Of a DNA stretch of 64,000 bases, positions 49,623 through 59,500 are shown one piece after another. Origin of the DNA: Desulfosudaceae bacterium (GTDB lineage: Bacteria; Desulfobacterota; Desulfobacteria; Desulfobacterales; Desulfosudaceae); NCBI GenBank assembly GCA_963674745.2, contig CAXXDV010000003.1, positions 288,001-352,000 of the forward strand, written 5' to 3'. Positions within the stretch are counted from its first letter, which is position 1; every line of letters starts with the position of its first letter. Made by a program: the position numbers and the translations under genes. The notes beneath the pieces were generated by a model. The model had not been told where the DNA came from, searched no databases, and saw only the letters and a program-made list of their open reading frames with translations.

Positions 49623-51155
49623 TCAGACAGCCCGGGCCAGCGGATGCGCCTGTTCGATTCTGGCGAATTCCATATCAAGTTTTTTAAGGCGGTTTTTTGT
49701 TTCACTGTCCCTGGTCGTCATTTTTGTACCGGTGTTATCCGCTCCGATATCCTGAGCAGGCGTATTATATCCTTCCCATAGCGGGTGCAGGTTATGGAGC
49801 AGCCCTTCTTTGTAAAGATTTGCCAATGTATTTAAAAAAACCAGCAGGGCTTCATTCCCTTTCCGATGGTCCGTGGAAAGGGCCAGGTGAGGCTTGTCTT
49901 CCAGTATCTGACCGACCAGCCTGGTCAGGATGTCAGAGGGGCCGATCTCGACAAATATCCGGATTCCGTCCGCATACATTTGTTCAACCTGGGAAAAAAA
50001 GCGGACGGGTTTTTCGCAATGCGTTTTCAGCAGTTTGCGAAACAGGTCCGGATCATTGTTGACTTTTCGGCCGAACAGAAAAGAATATACATCACAATCC
50101 GCCGGCCGGAATGTCAACCCTTTCAAATATCGGAAAAATTTTTCCGCGACGTCTACGGCAAGCGGACAATGCGGTGCGGCTGAAATGGGGATGAGCTGGT
50201 TGCCGATATCTTCATCGTCAAGAATTTTATGGGCCCGGCGGACGGATTCCTTGACCCCGGAAAGAACAGTCTGCCGGAGCGTGTTGTAGTTCGCAATCCA
50301 GACATCGTCGATTCCGTTGGCATCCAGAATCTCCTGGATCTTTTCCGCAGACGCCATCACAATCAGGATACATCCCCGGGTCGCCAGGGGGCAGGCCACA
50401 CCCAGTTCACCGCGGTAGCGGATGGCGTCAAGCATTTTTTCACTGTCGAGAATGCCGGCGCACCGGAAAGCACTGATATCTCCGAAGCTATGGGCCGCCA
50501 CGGCGTCGGGATGAAGGCCCATTCCTGTGAGAAGGGCATAGATCGATTCTCCGACGACGGCAATGCCGGGATTTGTCCAGTCCGCGCCCGAAAGTCGCAG
50601 AAACGCTTCCCGGGCCGATGTTTCATCCATAATGTTTTCCGGAAAGACCACTTCCTGAACGGATTTGTCGCCAAAACGCGTGCTTCCGAGCCCGTTCCAG
50701 ATCCGGCGTGCCGTCGGGAATACGTCGGCCATCGGCCCTCCCATGCCCAGGTACTGGGCGCCCTGCCCGGGGAAGAGAAAAGCCGTACGTCCGAGAGGCG
50801 CGCCCCGGCCGTAAAACAGGCCGGCCGCTGGAAACGAAAACGGGGTCTTTGGATGCTCCTTGATCATTTTTCGTATCTGGATCAGTTTTTTTTCCAACTC
50901 CAGTTCAGTATAGGCGGTTAAGGCCATGCGCATTCCGGCGTTCATACCATTGTGGCCAAAATCCTGCTGAGATTGCCGGGAGACACGTTTAAGATATCCG
51001 ACCTGCTTTCGCTCTGCATCCAAGGCACTGATCCAGTGGTCGATTTGATCGATAATATCGTCGGAATGATCGCCGCAGCCAACTACCAGTTCAGGGATTT
51101 GATATCCCCTGTGTGCCGGTTTATTTCCGACATGTTGCCTGGTATCTGCATCCAT
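49623..51155 (-). CDS. Standalone acyltransferase (PfaB-like AT with linker remnant)
   Basis: FLFPGQGAQY.GM, AHSFG (catalytic Ser), R, ANYN, SAAPH, PVRF, FVEIGP. Confidence 0.85.
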   Translation of the reverse strand: MDADTRQHVGNKPAHRGYQIPELVVGCGDHSDDIIDQIDHWISALDAERKQVGYLKRVSRQSQQDFGHNGMNAGMRMALTAYTELELEKKLIQIRKMIKEHPKTPFSFPAAGLFYGRGAPLGRTAFLFPGQGAQYLGMGGPMADVFPTARRIWNGLGSTRFGDKSVQEVVFPENIMDETSAREAFLRLSGADWTNPGIAVVGESIYALLTGMGLHPDAVAAHSFGDISAFRCAGILDSEKMLDAIRYRGELGVACPLATRGCILIVMASAEKIQEILDANGIDDVWIANYNTLRQTVLSGVKESVRRAHKILDDEDIGNQLIPISAAPHCPLAVDVAEKFFRYLKGLTFRPADCDVYSFLFGRKVNNDPDLFRKLLKTHCEKPVRFFSQVEQMYADGIRIFVEIGPSDILTRLVGQILEDKPHLALSTDHRKGNEALLVFLNTLANLYKEGLLHNLHPLWEGYNTPAQDIGADNTGTKMTTRDSETKNRLKKLDMEFARIEQAHPLARAV

Positions 51156-51237
51156 GCTTTTTTCTCTCCATGGGAAAGGCCCCGGCCTTTCGGCCGGGGC
51201 GTGTTGTTATAAATTCCGGGAATTTCCCGGTTCATCA

Positions 51238-52998
51238 TTATTCCACGAATACCCGGTGAAGTTCCCATCCGCCTTTGCTGTTTCCATATTTGTCCGTATA
51301 GATGCTGGCGGGGTTGGCCGTACCGATATACAGGCCGGTGTCTTCATCTACGGCTACGGACCGGAATCCGTAATTGGTAAAATTCCCCAGACCATCACGG
51401 GTGACCCGTATGGCTTTTTCGTTGCTCGAGGGGAAGCGCCATAAGTCAGCGCCGTACTCATCCTGGCTGGGCGTCCAGAGCCAGGGGAAATCAAATGTGG
51501 GGAAGGAAAAAAAGTCATTGCCCCAGTAATTCTGTTGCAGATTATCCCAGTCCAGCCAGAGATAGGAATGGTCCATGGTGCCGACGAACAGTTGATCGGC
51601 ATAAACAGCCATGGTCCAGGTATAATTGTTGTAAATATTGCCAAATCCTGACTCACCGTATTTCCCGGCGACACCGCCCATATTGTTAATGCGATAGGTC
51701 CAGTAGCCGAAGAAGCTGTTTGAAACATAAACCGGCAGGGTGCGGTCACCGTAAAGCAACTCCACTTTTTTGTTTTCGCCAAATCCGGAACCACGGAAGA
51801 GTGCCGTGGCTCGCCAGGTATTGAAATAGGTCACGGGAAAATCAAAAAGCCCCATGTTGTAGTGATTGATGAATACCACCGCGGATTTGCCGTGGACATG
51901 CATGGTGCCCCAGTAAAGATATCCGTCAAAAGAGGCCATGGCGCCGACGCCGTATATTGAGGCATTCAGCGGATCAGGCTCATATTCGTCGCTCTGCCAG
52001 ACTTTCGTCCAGCGGTAATAGTCGTTGCCGCTCAGACCGCCGGCCGGTACCACCGGGCTCATCCATATCCCGGCATTGGCCGGATTCTCACCACGGCTGG
52101 GCCAGGTGCCGACAAAAACACGACCGTTGTGCTCGACGATTTCAGCCCCGCCACCGTCCAGGCCCCCTACCTCGACAAAAGAAAACGGATCGGCCTGACT
52201 GCCGGTCCAGCGCAGAACCTTACCCCCGCTGATTTCGTCAGCTACAGCGGCATAAAGGACGCCATTCATAACCAGCCACTTCCGGATATTCTGGTATTGG
52301 GGCAGGGTAGCCGACTTAAGAAAAGCGCCGGTATTGGCGTCAAATACAAACATGTTAATGCCGCTGCCAAGCGCTACTGGACCGCTCAGAAAGACCATAC
52401 CGTCAAAAGCGACCGCGGAGCGCAGGCCGAAGGTCGTCTCCAGGCGCATCCGGTCTGCAATGCCGGTCAGGGAACCGGTTTTATCCGTCAGGGACCGGGT
52501 ATTGATATCATATGTATATATTTTAGGCGGTCTGTAATCACCGAAGACATCCGGAATCGTGTTCATCATTTCAGTGGAGGGATACATGCCCTGTTGATAC
52601 TCACAGGCCCACAGATCGTTTTCATAAGGAGAAACACTGCTCAACAGATCTCCCAGTCCGATTCCACCGGTCTCATCCGTGGTATAGGAACTGAATGCAC
52701 GGACCAGGCAGAGCATGTTGGCGGCAGTGCCGAACCACAGCTTGTCTCCTGCCTTGGTCAGCCCCCAGAGATAGTTCTGATTTGCCTTGGGGCTCTCCCC
52801 CCAACCGTCGCAATCCGGTCCGGGCACATATGAATTACCAAGGCCGTTATAACATTCGTCGACTTCCGCCCTGGCCACCAGTTCATGGTCGAACGACACT
52901 TGTGGCACCTCTGGCGGATGAAATCCCATCCCGAAACCGGGCAGGGTGATCGTGAGACACATCCCCACCGCTAAAAAGATTAAAGTTAATTTTTTCAT
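51238..52998 (-). CDS. Secreted hypothetical protein, probable beta-propeller
   Basis: GAGAGG before MKKLTL; signal peptide; blade-like repeats (KLWFGT, RVFVGTW, YLYWGT, QLFVGT, LYIGT). Confidence 0.65.
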   Translation of the reverse strand: MKKLTLIFLAVGMCLTITLPGFGMGFHPPEVPQVSFDHELVARAEVDECYNGLGNSYVPGPDCDGWGESPKANQNYLWGLTKAGDKLWFGTAANMLCLVRAFSSYTTDETGGIGLGDLLSSVSPYENDLWACEYQQGMYPSTEMMNTIPDVFGDYRPPKIYTYDINTRSLTDKTGSLTGIADRMRLETTFGLRSAVAFDGMVFLSGPVALGSGINMFVFDANTGAFLKSATLPQYQNIRKWLVMNGVLYAAVADEISGGKVLRWTGSQADPFSFVEVGGLDGGGAEIVEHNGRVFVGTWPSRGENPANAGIWMSPVVPAGGLSGNDYYRWTKVWQSDEYEPDPLNASIYGVGAMASFDGYLYWGTMHVHGKSAVVFINHYNMGLFDFPVTYFNTWRATALFRGSGFGENKKVELLYGDRTLPVYVSNSFFGYWTYRINNMGGVAGKYGESGFGNIYNNYTWTMAVYADQLFVGTMDHSYLWLDWDNLQQNYWGNDFFSFPTFDFPWLWTPSQDEYGADLWRFPSSNEKAIRVTRDGLGNFTNYGFRSVAVDEDTGLYIGTANPASIYTDKYGNSKGGWELHRVFVE

Positions 52999-53149
52999 TT
53001 GGTCCTCTCCTCTGTTGTGTTGTTGATCCCGGGCGCCGTTCTTCCCCCAAAGCATGGCAGCCCTTATTGATATTCCCCAAAATAAAGCTGATGGATTGTT
53101 TATGTCTGTCGTTATAATTTTCGGTACAACTCCCTGAATATTTTTATCG

Positions 53150-53785
53150 TCAGATGCGGCTGCTGATCGATTTCCGTTGCCGGTATAAATTCGAATCCAC
53201 CATCGCCGCCATTTTTTCCACATCCAGCCCGTTGCCCAAAAATGAACTGACTTCTTGGGCTTTGTCCAGCGGGGCGCTCAATATGTCACTGTAATGGACA
53301 TAGATCACGTGAAAGTGGGGCTGCCCCTCGAGCCATCGGTAAGTTGCCGCCAGATATTTTTCATATTTGGCGGCCATGACTTCGTCCGGCACACCCGCTT
53401 CGGTAGTGGTGCCGCGGCGCGCCAGCATTTTTTGTTGGGATGCCAGGATCTCTTCCATATTCCGCTGCATGAAAATTACGTAGTAGAAGATGTCTTTGGG
53501 CAGCATGGGCAGCAGGGCGGATATGGCTTTGATGACCTTCCCTTTTTCCGCCATCAGCCAGGTATCGTCCGCCTCCAATTGTTTGATTTTTTCCAGCTCA
53601 TAATACCCGTTGGGATTGTCTTCATTGGCCTGGCGGATATTGTCGGTGACAACAGGCATACCACCGGCCGCGAGCATGCGCATCATCATGCTGGTGCCGG
53701 AGCGCGGCAAGCCGGAAACCAGGGTGATGGCATCGGAGACCGGCGGTATTTCATAGGGGTCAGACAATTGCGTATTGCTTTTCAA
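53150..53785 (-). CDS. Sulfotransferase family protein
   Basis: 5'-PSB motif VSGLPRSGTSMMM, NPNGYYE, IFMQR..EEILASQ. Confidence 0.8.
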   Translation of the reverse strand: MKSNTQLSDPYEIPPVSDAITLVSGLPRSGTSMMMRMLAAGGMPVVTDNIRQANEDNPNGYYELEKIKQLEADDTWLMAEKGKVIKAISALLPMLPKDIFYYVIFMQRNMEEILASQQKMLARRGTTTEAGVPDEVMAAKYEKYLAATYRWLEGQPHFHVIYVHYSDILSAPLDKAQEVSSFLGNGLDVEKMAAMVDSNLYRQRKSISSRI

Positions 53786-54644
53786 CTTTATCCTCCTCGG
53801 TCACGCTCATTAAAAAATTTCTGACATGATGGACAAACTGGTCCGGCAGCCGGGCCGGGAACAGGTGACAGGCTTCAGGGACAACGGTTCTTCGGCAGTT
53901 GGTCATGTTTTCTGACAGGTAATTGCAAACAGGGATCAGCGGAGAATACTGGCCATAAAGGGCCAGGGCAACATGATTTATCTCCTTAATGCATTCTTCG
54001 GTCAACCCGGCGATCTCTTTGATGTCGGTTTTGGCGGTGGTTTCATCCAGAATTTTCAAAATAGCGTCGGCCTTGATCGACAGGCCCTTGCGCATGCCGA
54101 AATCAGACAGATCGTCAACGGCTTTACCCTCGCTCAGCTCTTTCAAACGGTATTCCAGATAGTACATATTAAATCCGTTTAAAATTTCCGGGAGTTTGGG
54201 GTTGATCCGGCGCAGCATCTCCTCGCGCTGTTTGCGATAAGGCCATTTTTCCAGATCAATGAGATGCCGCAAGGCCGGGATGTTGCCCTCGGCCAGAACC
54301 AGTCCGGAGACTTTTTTCGGGTATAGATGGGCCGTGTGCAGGGCGACCAGTCCGCCCAGGCTGTGGCCTACCAGAAAGGCCCGTTCCAGTCCGATGGCAT
54401 CCATCAATGCGGAAAGGTCTCGGGCCAGGTCAAGGGAAGTGTAACCGGTTTCAACGAATTGGCTGTATCCATGACCCCGCATATCGTAAACGGTGACCCG
54501 GAAATCCTGTTTCAGGCTGACCAGGGCTTTATTGGCATACCAGAAGGACATGTTGCCACCCATCCCATGGATGAGTATGACATCGGCCCCTTCTCCTTTT
54601 TGCAGGTAATGATGCTTGATTCCATTAACAGTAACAAACGGCAT
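53760..54644 (-). CDS. Alpha/beta hydrolase (candidate thioesterase)
   Basis: IHG, YDMRGHGYS, GHSLGG nucleophile elbow, and a C-terminal His (ACHLF). Confidence 0.85.
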   Translation of the reverse strand: MPFVTVNGIKHHYLQKGEGADVILIHGMGGNMSFWYANKALVSLKQDFRVTVYDMRGHGYSQFVETGYTSLDLARDLSALMDAIGLERAFLVGHSLGGLVALHTAHLYPKKVSGLVLAEGNIPALRHLIDLEKWPYRKQREEMLRRINPKLPEILNGFNMYYLEYRLKELSEGKAVDDLSDFGMRKGLSIKADAILKILDETTAKTDIKEIAGLTEECIKEINHVALALYGQYSPLIPVCNYLSENMTNCRRTVVPEACHLFPARLPDQFVHHVRNFLMSVTEEDKVEKQYAIV

Positions 54645-54666
54645 GAATTAACTCCTGTGACAACAT

Positions 54667-56277
54667 TTATGAGATATAACCAAGTCCTTTCAGGCGTTTC
54701 ATGATCAACGCCATATCTTCTTCATCCATTTCCGGCGCGTCGGTGGTTTGCGGCGCCATCGTCGAAGTGGATGGCCCGATAACCAGCGGCCTGGCGGTCA
54801 GGGCTTCAGGGGTCATCATTTCTACCGGCACACGCCCCTCATAATCATCGGGGACGGCCAGCCCCTGGCTGTAAAGCATGGCCGGGGCCACATCGAGAAT
54901 GTTCAAGGGGGGGAGCCACTCCCCGGCCCGGATGCCCGGTCCTCTGGCCATGAATACGCCCATGGGGTAGTGGACACCGACACACTCGGCCCTTGGTTTG
55001 ACGACTTCATCAGATTTGACCGTGGATACCAGGCCGTTATCCCGCAACTGCAGGGTCAGATCAGGTGCCATATCAGAATCGGTGCCGGCAAAAGCTTCTT
55101 CCCGCGTCCATATTTTTTTCACCACCGGTTTTCCGGTGGTCGGATGGGTAAACGAGAGGAGCTGGTCCCGGAGCCGGTTGCGCACGTTATCGTAATCTTC
55201 GGGCCGGATACCGGTATCACTGTTTTTCCCCTTCACATTGATGGTAATACCGTTGCTGCTGGGTGTGTTGACAAAGGCGGTGGTCCGGTCCCAATCCAGC
55301 AAATGGCCATGATTCTTGACCGCTTCCATAGAGACATCACCGGCGTTTTCCGAATCGGTTACCGCCCGGTCGGACCAGGTCAGGTAACCGAGTCGTTCCA
55401 GCAGGGAGTTTAAATAAAAGCATTCCTCGCTGGGACCAAACCCGTGATCGGAAACGATAAAGACGTGGCCTTCAGGTCCGGCCGTTTTGGCCAGCCGTTC
55501 GATCATGACATCCAGTTGCCGATAGTGGGCGAAAAGAATGGATTGAATCCGTTTTTCATCTTCGGACAGGCCGCTGGCATAACAGGCCGGATCAAGCAGC
55601 CGGTAAAATACATGCTGCAGCCGGTCGGTACTGTCCAGCACCAGGGCATAAAGATTACAAGGGCCATTTTCGGCCAGAAAGGACAACACCCTGACCCACT
55701 GATCATCCTTGTACGTGTGGTATTTGATCCAGTTTTCGGATTCTTCCGGAGAACAGCCGGCCACCACTTTTTCTTCCAGGCCGAAATCATGAGCGATGAT
55801 TTTAAGATCGAATCCGGGAATGGTCTTCAGCGTGTCCATCAAATCTTTGGGATGGCAGGCGTGCCGCAGATGACGCCAGGTCACAAATCCCGGAATGCTG
55901 TAGCCGGCAATTGGCAGGGGTGGGGACATGACCGGATAATTGAGGCATACCGAAGACCTTCCCAGGCGGGTCAGCAGCGACCATACGGTTTCACATTTCA
56001 ATTGTTTGGTGCTGACAAAGCGCAAAAAACGGCTGCCCGGAGATTCCGGGCGGAAAAAGTCCAGTATGCCGTGGGCTGCTGGACTGCGTCCGGTCATGAT
56101 TGTCGTCCAGGCCGGCGGGGTGATTGGCGGGATCGTGGACGCAAGTTCAGCCCGGACCCCTTCGGCGGCCAGTTGCCGCAAGAAAGGCATATGGCCGGCT
56201 TCCATCAGCGGGTCCAGGATAGAGAAGGTGGCCCCGTCAAGACCGATGACCATGGTTGTCGGTTTTTTCGAATTCAT
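54667..56277 (-). CDS. Alkaline phosphatase superfamily (nucleotide pyrophosphatase/phosphodiesterase-type) enzyme
   Basis: IGLDGA, STIPPIT.PAW...TG..P..HG, DRLQH, VSDHGF, GVH, RLKGLGYI. Confidence 0.85.
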   Translation of the reverse strand: MNSKKPTTMVIGLDGATFSILDPLMEAGHMPFLRQLAAEGVRAELASTIPPITPPAWTTIMTGRSPAAHGILDFFRPESPGSRFLRFVSTKQLKCETVWSLLTRLGRSSVCLNYPVMSPPLPIAGYSIPGFVTWRHLRHACHPKDLMDTLKTIPGFDLKIIAHDFGLEEKVVAGCSPEESENWIKYHTYKDDQWVRVLSFLAENGPCNLYALVLDSTDRLQHVFYRLLDPACYASGLSEDEKRIQSILFAHYRQLDVMIERLAKTAGPEGHVFIVSDHGFGPSEECFYLNSLLERLGYLTWSDRAVTDSENAGDVSMEAVKNHGHLLDWDRTTAFVNTPSSNGITINVKGKNSDTGIRPEDYDNVRNRLRDQLLSFTHPTTGKPVVKKIWTREEAFAGTDSDMAPDLTLQLRDNGLVSTVKSDEVVKPRAECVGVHYPMGVFMARGPGIRAGEWLPPLNILDVAPAMLYSQGLAVPDDYEGRVPVEMMTPEALTARPLVIGPSTSTMAPQTTDAPEMDEEDMALIMKRLKGLGYIS

Positions 56278-56576
56278 TATATCGCCTCGCTTTGCGTGAC
56301 AAAATTAATATCTATAAAATCCACCAGATCAGCGACCCGGATGTCTGTTATCTCCTGCTGGGCCAGTTCCGTGAAGTATTCCGTAAATGGAAAAGTTTGA
56401 CCGTAATGCTCTTCTAAAAACTCTCCCAGAACGACCACATCAATGGACTCCATCCCCAGATCTCCCAGCAGATAGGTTTCCAGGGTGATTTCATCGGAAA
56501 ATTCCCAGTCCTCTCCGACCTTTTCAAGGGTGTCGAGGATATCGTTAAAGATGGTTGCTTTATCCGGTTTGATCAT
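56277..56576 (-). CDS. Acyl carrier protein
   Basis: Acidic 99-aa protein with DLGMESID phosphopantetheine Ser motif. GGAGG RBS. Confidence 0.9.
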   Translation of the reverse strand: MIKPDKATIFNDILDTLEKVGEDWEFSDEITLETYLLGDLGMESIDVVVLGEFLEEHYGQTFPFTEYFTELAQQEITDIRVADLVDFIDINFVTQSEAI

Positions 56577-56578
56577 TT

Positions 56579-59500
56579 CTATCCAACCTCCTGTTTTCGT
56601 AGTTGTTTGATTGGCAATATCCGGGCCGATACGAAATCGTCCGTATGGGAAACGGACACGGCGACCTGCTGCTCCAGGCTGGGGACGAGGCGGCTTTGTG
56701 GTATCAGGTTGCCTCGCCGGTCGTCGTAAAGCGTGATGTCAGCAGGCGCCACGGCTCTCCCGCGGTTTTCCCGGAGAAAAACACGGACCGCGTCTTTGGC
56801 GGCAATACGTTCGCTCAACCAGCGTCCGATCAGGTCGTTCTGCCGTAGTCTTTCCCGGAAGAGCGGACGTTCGTCGGCGTTCAAATAAAGGTATCCGATG
56901 GCTTTCTGCCATATGGTCTTGTCCAATTGATCATAGCAGGGAACGGTGCACTTTATTTGACGGGCAACGGATGTTTCATCGGAAACCGTGCTGCTGATTG
57001 TATGCTGAAGGGGAAACCGGTAGAACCGGTAAAGCTCTCCGGGCAGGTCAAATCGCCGGTGCGTCCAGCCGGTAACCCGGGCCCATGCCCGGCCGCTTTC
57101 ATTAAAGATAACCAGATCTGACCGGACAAACTGATGGCTGATATCACGGATGCGCATCCGGCACCAGAGCCATTGTCCCGGTCGGGGCGGGCGGGTGAAT
57201 AAAACGATTTCCTTCACACCGGCCGGAAAGGTGATAAAGCGGTCCGATAAAGCCTCCTGTGCCCAGTATCCGGTAAGCTGGGCGCAGGCATCCAGCAGCA
57301 GCGGATTGATCAGAAAAGCCTGTCGATTATTTTCGCTGAACAAGTCATGATTGCCCGGGGCCTGAAGCAGGGCGATGATTTCATTCTGGTCTGTTCGCGT
57401 CAGGGCGTTGACGATCTGGAAACGGCGGCCATGCGTCATCAGTTTTTGAACATACATCTGCCCGGCCCTTTCCGCGGCCTGAGGTGTCGTCAGTTCGGCC
57501 GGGACCGGCTCCGGCGGCATCGTTTCGGGATAATCAGCCGCATAGAGGACCCGGGCCTCGGTCGATGGGGTTCGGCCGGCCTCACGGTTGAACAGCCTCA
57601 CGACGGCTTCGTCTTTTGCGATCAACCGGGCTTCGGCCGCCAGATGAACGCCTTTTTCCTCGTCCACTTCTATCCAGCGGTTGGCTTTCACGTCCCTGAT
57701 GCCGATCGGTGTTTTACCGGAAAACAGGAAGGCCGCGGCCTCTATCATTACTTCCATGTTCAGGGTAAGCGGGGTAATGATCAGCGGGAAAAGCCGGTTG
57801 TCGACCTGGGAAATATCACCCCCGAATGGATGATCCAGCAGAAAAACATCATGGTTCAAGTCGATATGCCGTTCGGTATGTAATCGCTGGCCGGCTTCCA
57901 GGACGGTCATCCTGTCTACCATCGGCCAGGGGGCTTTCGAGCCGGACTGATCGTTCCGGGCATTCGTCCGGTCGTGACCCGTCAGGCCCATTGTCATTTC
58001 CTTCTGCAGGTCCAGAAATCTGGCCATGGTGTCCATGTATTTTTCCATGGCGCGTGTTCTGGATTTCTTCGTCCGGTCTGCCGGTCTGGATTTTTCCGCC
58101 CGGTTTGCCGGTATGTCGCAAAACGCCGTCGGCGTAATCTTTTCGCGCCATGTCGCCAGCGTCGTTTCATCCCATTGCAGCTCCGGAAGCCCCAGGTCCA
58201 GGTCGACCAAGGCAGTTGATTTTTCAGGTACGGATTCTGACTGCTCAGGCACGACAGACCTGTCGTCCACTGTCAGAAGATCCAGCGCCAGGTCCACATG
58301 CTGGGCCGCCAGCATTCCCAGCAGATGACACAACTGCGCGGTTCCGGAACGCCGGCTGGTGTTGGCCGGGACTGTCATCACGGATTTTCCGCGCAGGATA
58401 TCATCGACAAATCCGCACAGGTTGTTGCCCGGCCCGACCTCGATGAAAATCCGGGCGCCGTCCTGAAACATGGCTTCCACCGTCTCCCGGAAGCGTAACT
58501 GGTGTAACCAGTACCCGACCATCAGTTCGAGAATGTCATTGCGTTCCCTGGGATAGAGGGCAGCAGTTACCGGGGAATAAACCGGAACGCGGGCGGATTT
58601 AATCTGCAAAGCGGAAAAAGCCGCTTCCAGAGGGCTGGCCTGATGGGTTGCCATAGGGGTATGATGCACTTCCCGGGAAGGCAGGTCCGTGAATAAGAGG
58701 CGGGATTTCTTGAGAGATGACCGCAGCCGGTCCATGGCCCCGGTTTCTCCGACCACGACCACCTGGTGCGGACAGTTATCGTTTGATATGTGAATATCCC
58801 CTGCTATATCGTCCAGCAAAGGTTTTACTTTTTTGACACTGGCGGAGACCGCCACCATGGACGTGTCGGGTGTTTCTCCCCGATCTTCATAGATGGCGGC
58901 GATCCGTTCCTGATGGCGATACAGGTCCTGCTTGTCCAGAATTCCGGAAGCAATCCAGGCGCTGTATTCGCCGGCGCTGTGGCCGACTATCATGTCCGGG
59001 GCAACACCAAAGCGATACAACAGGTCGTTCATGGCCAGGCTTGATGACAGTATGGCCTGCAAACCGCTGTCCACTTTCCAGAATTCGGCTTCCAGCGAAT
59101 CATACTCTTCCCGGGACAGCAGGGTAGCGGGAAAAATAAACTGGCTGGGCAGGTACCGGCTTTTCTTGTTGCGGTCGGCAACCGTCATGTTTATTTCGTC
59201 AAAGGCGTCCCGGACCGGCGGGAAATGCAGGCACAGATCCATCATCATGTTGGTGTAGGCGGCCCCTTCGCCCGGAAACATGAAAGCAACTTTGCCTGTT
59301 TTAGCCAGTGGTTTTTCGAAGTAATAAATTCCCTTGATATCTTTTATTTTTCTGCAATTGGGCGCCTTCAGGCGGGTCACGGCATATTCCAGTTTTCTGG
59401 CCAGGTCATCTGCGGACTCGGCAATGACGGCCAGTCGTTGTGCTTCAGGGGTAAAATTTCTCAGCAGCGTCCGGGACAGGGCTCTCCAGTCAAATCCTTC

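Noticed and set aside
52999..53223. N-terminal extensions in the ORF track (also 33581-33679, 19277-19378, 21859-21894)
   Set aside because: They overlap neighbouring genes or promoters; downstream ATGs fit better by RBS, signal peptide or first family motif.
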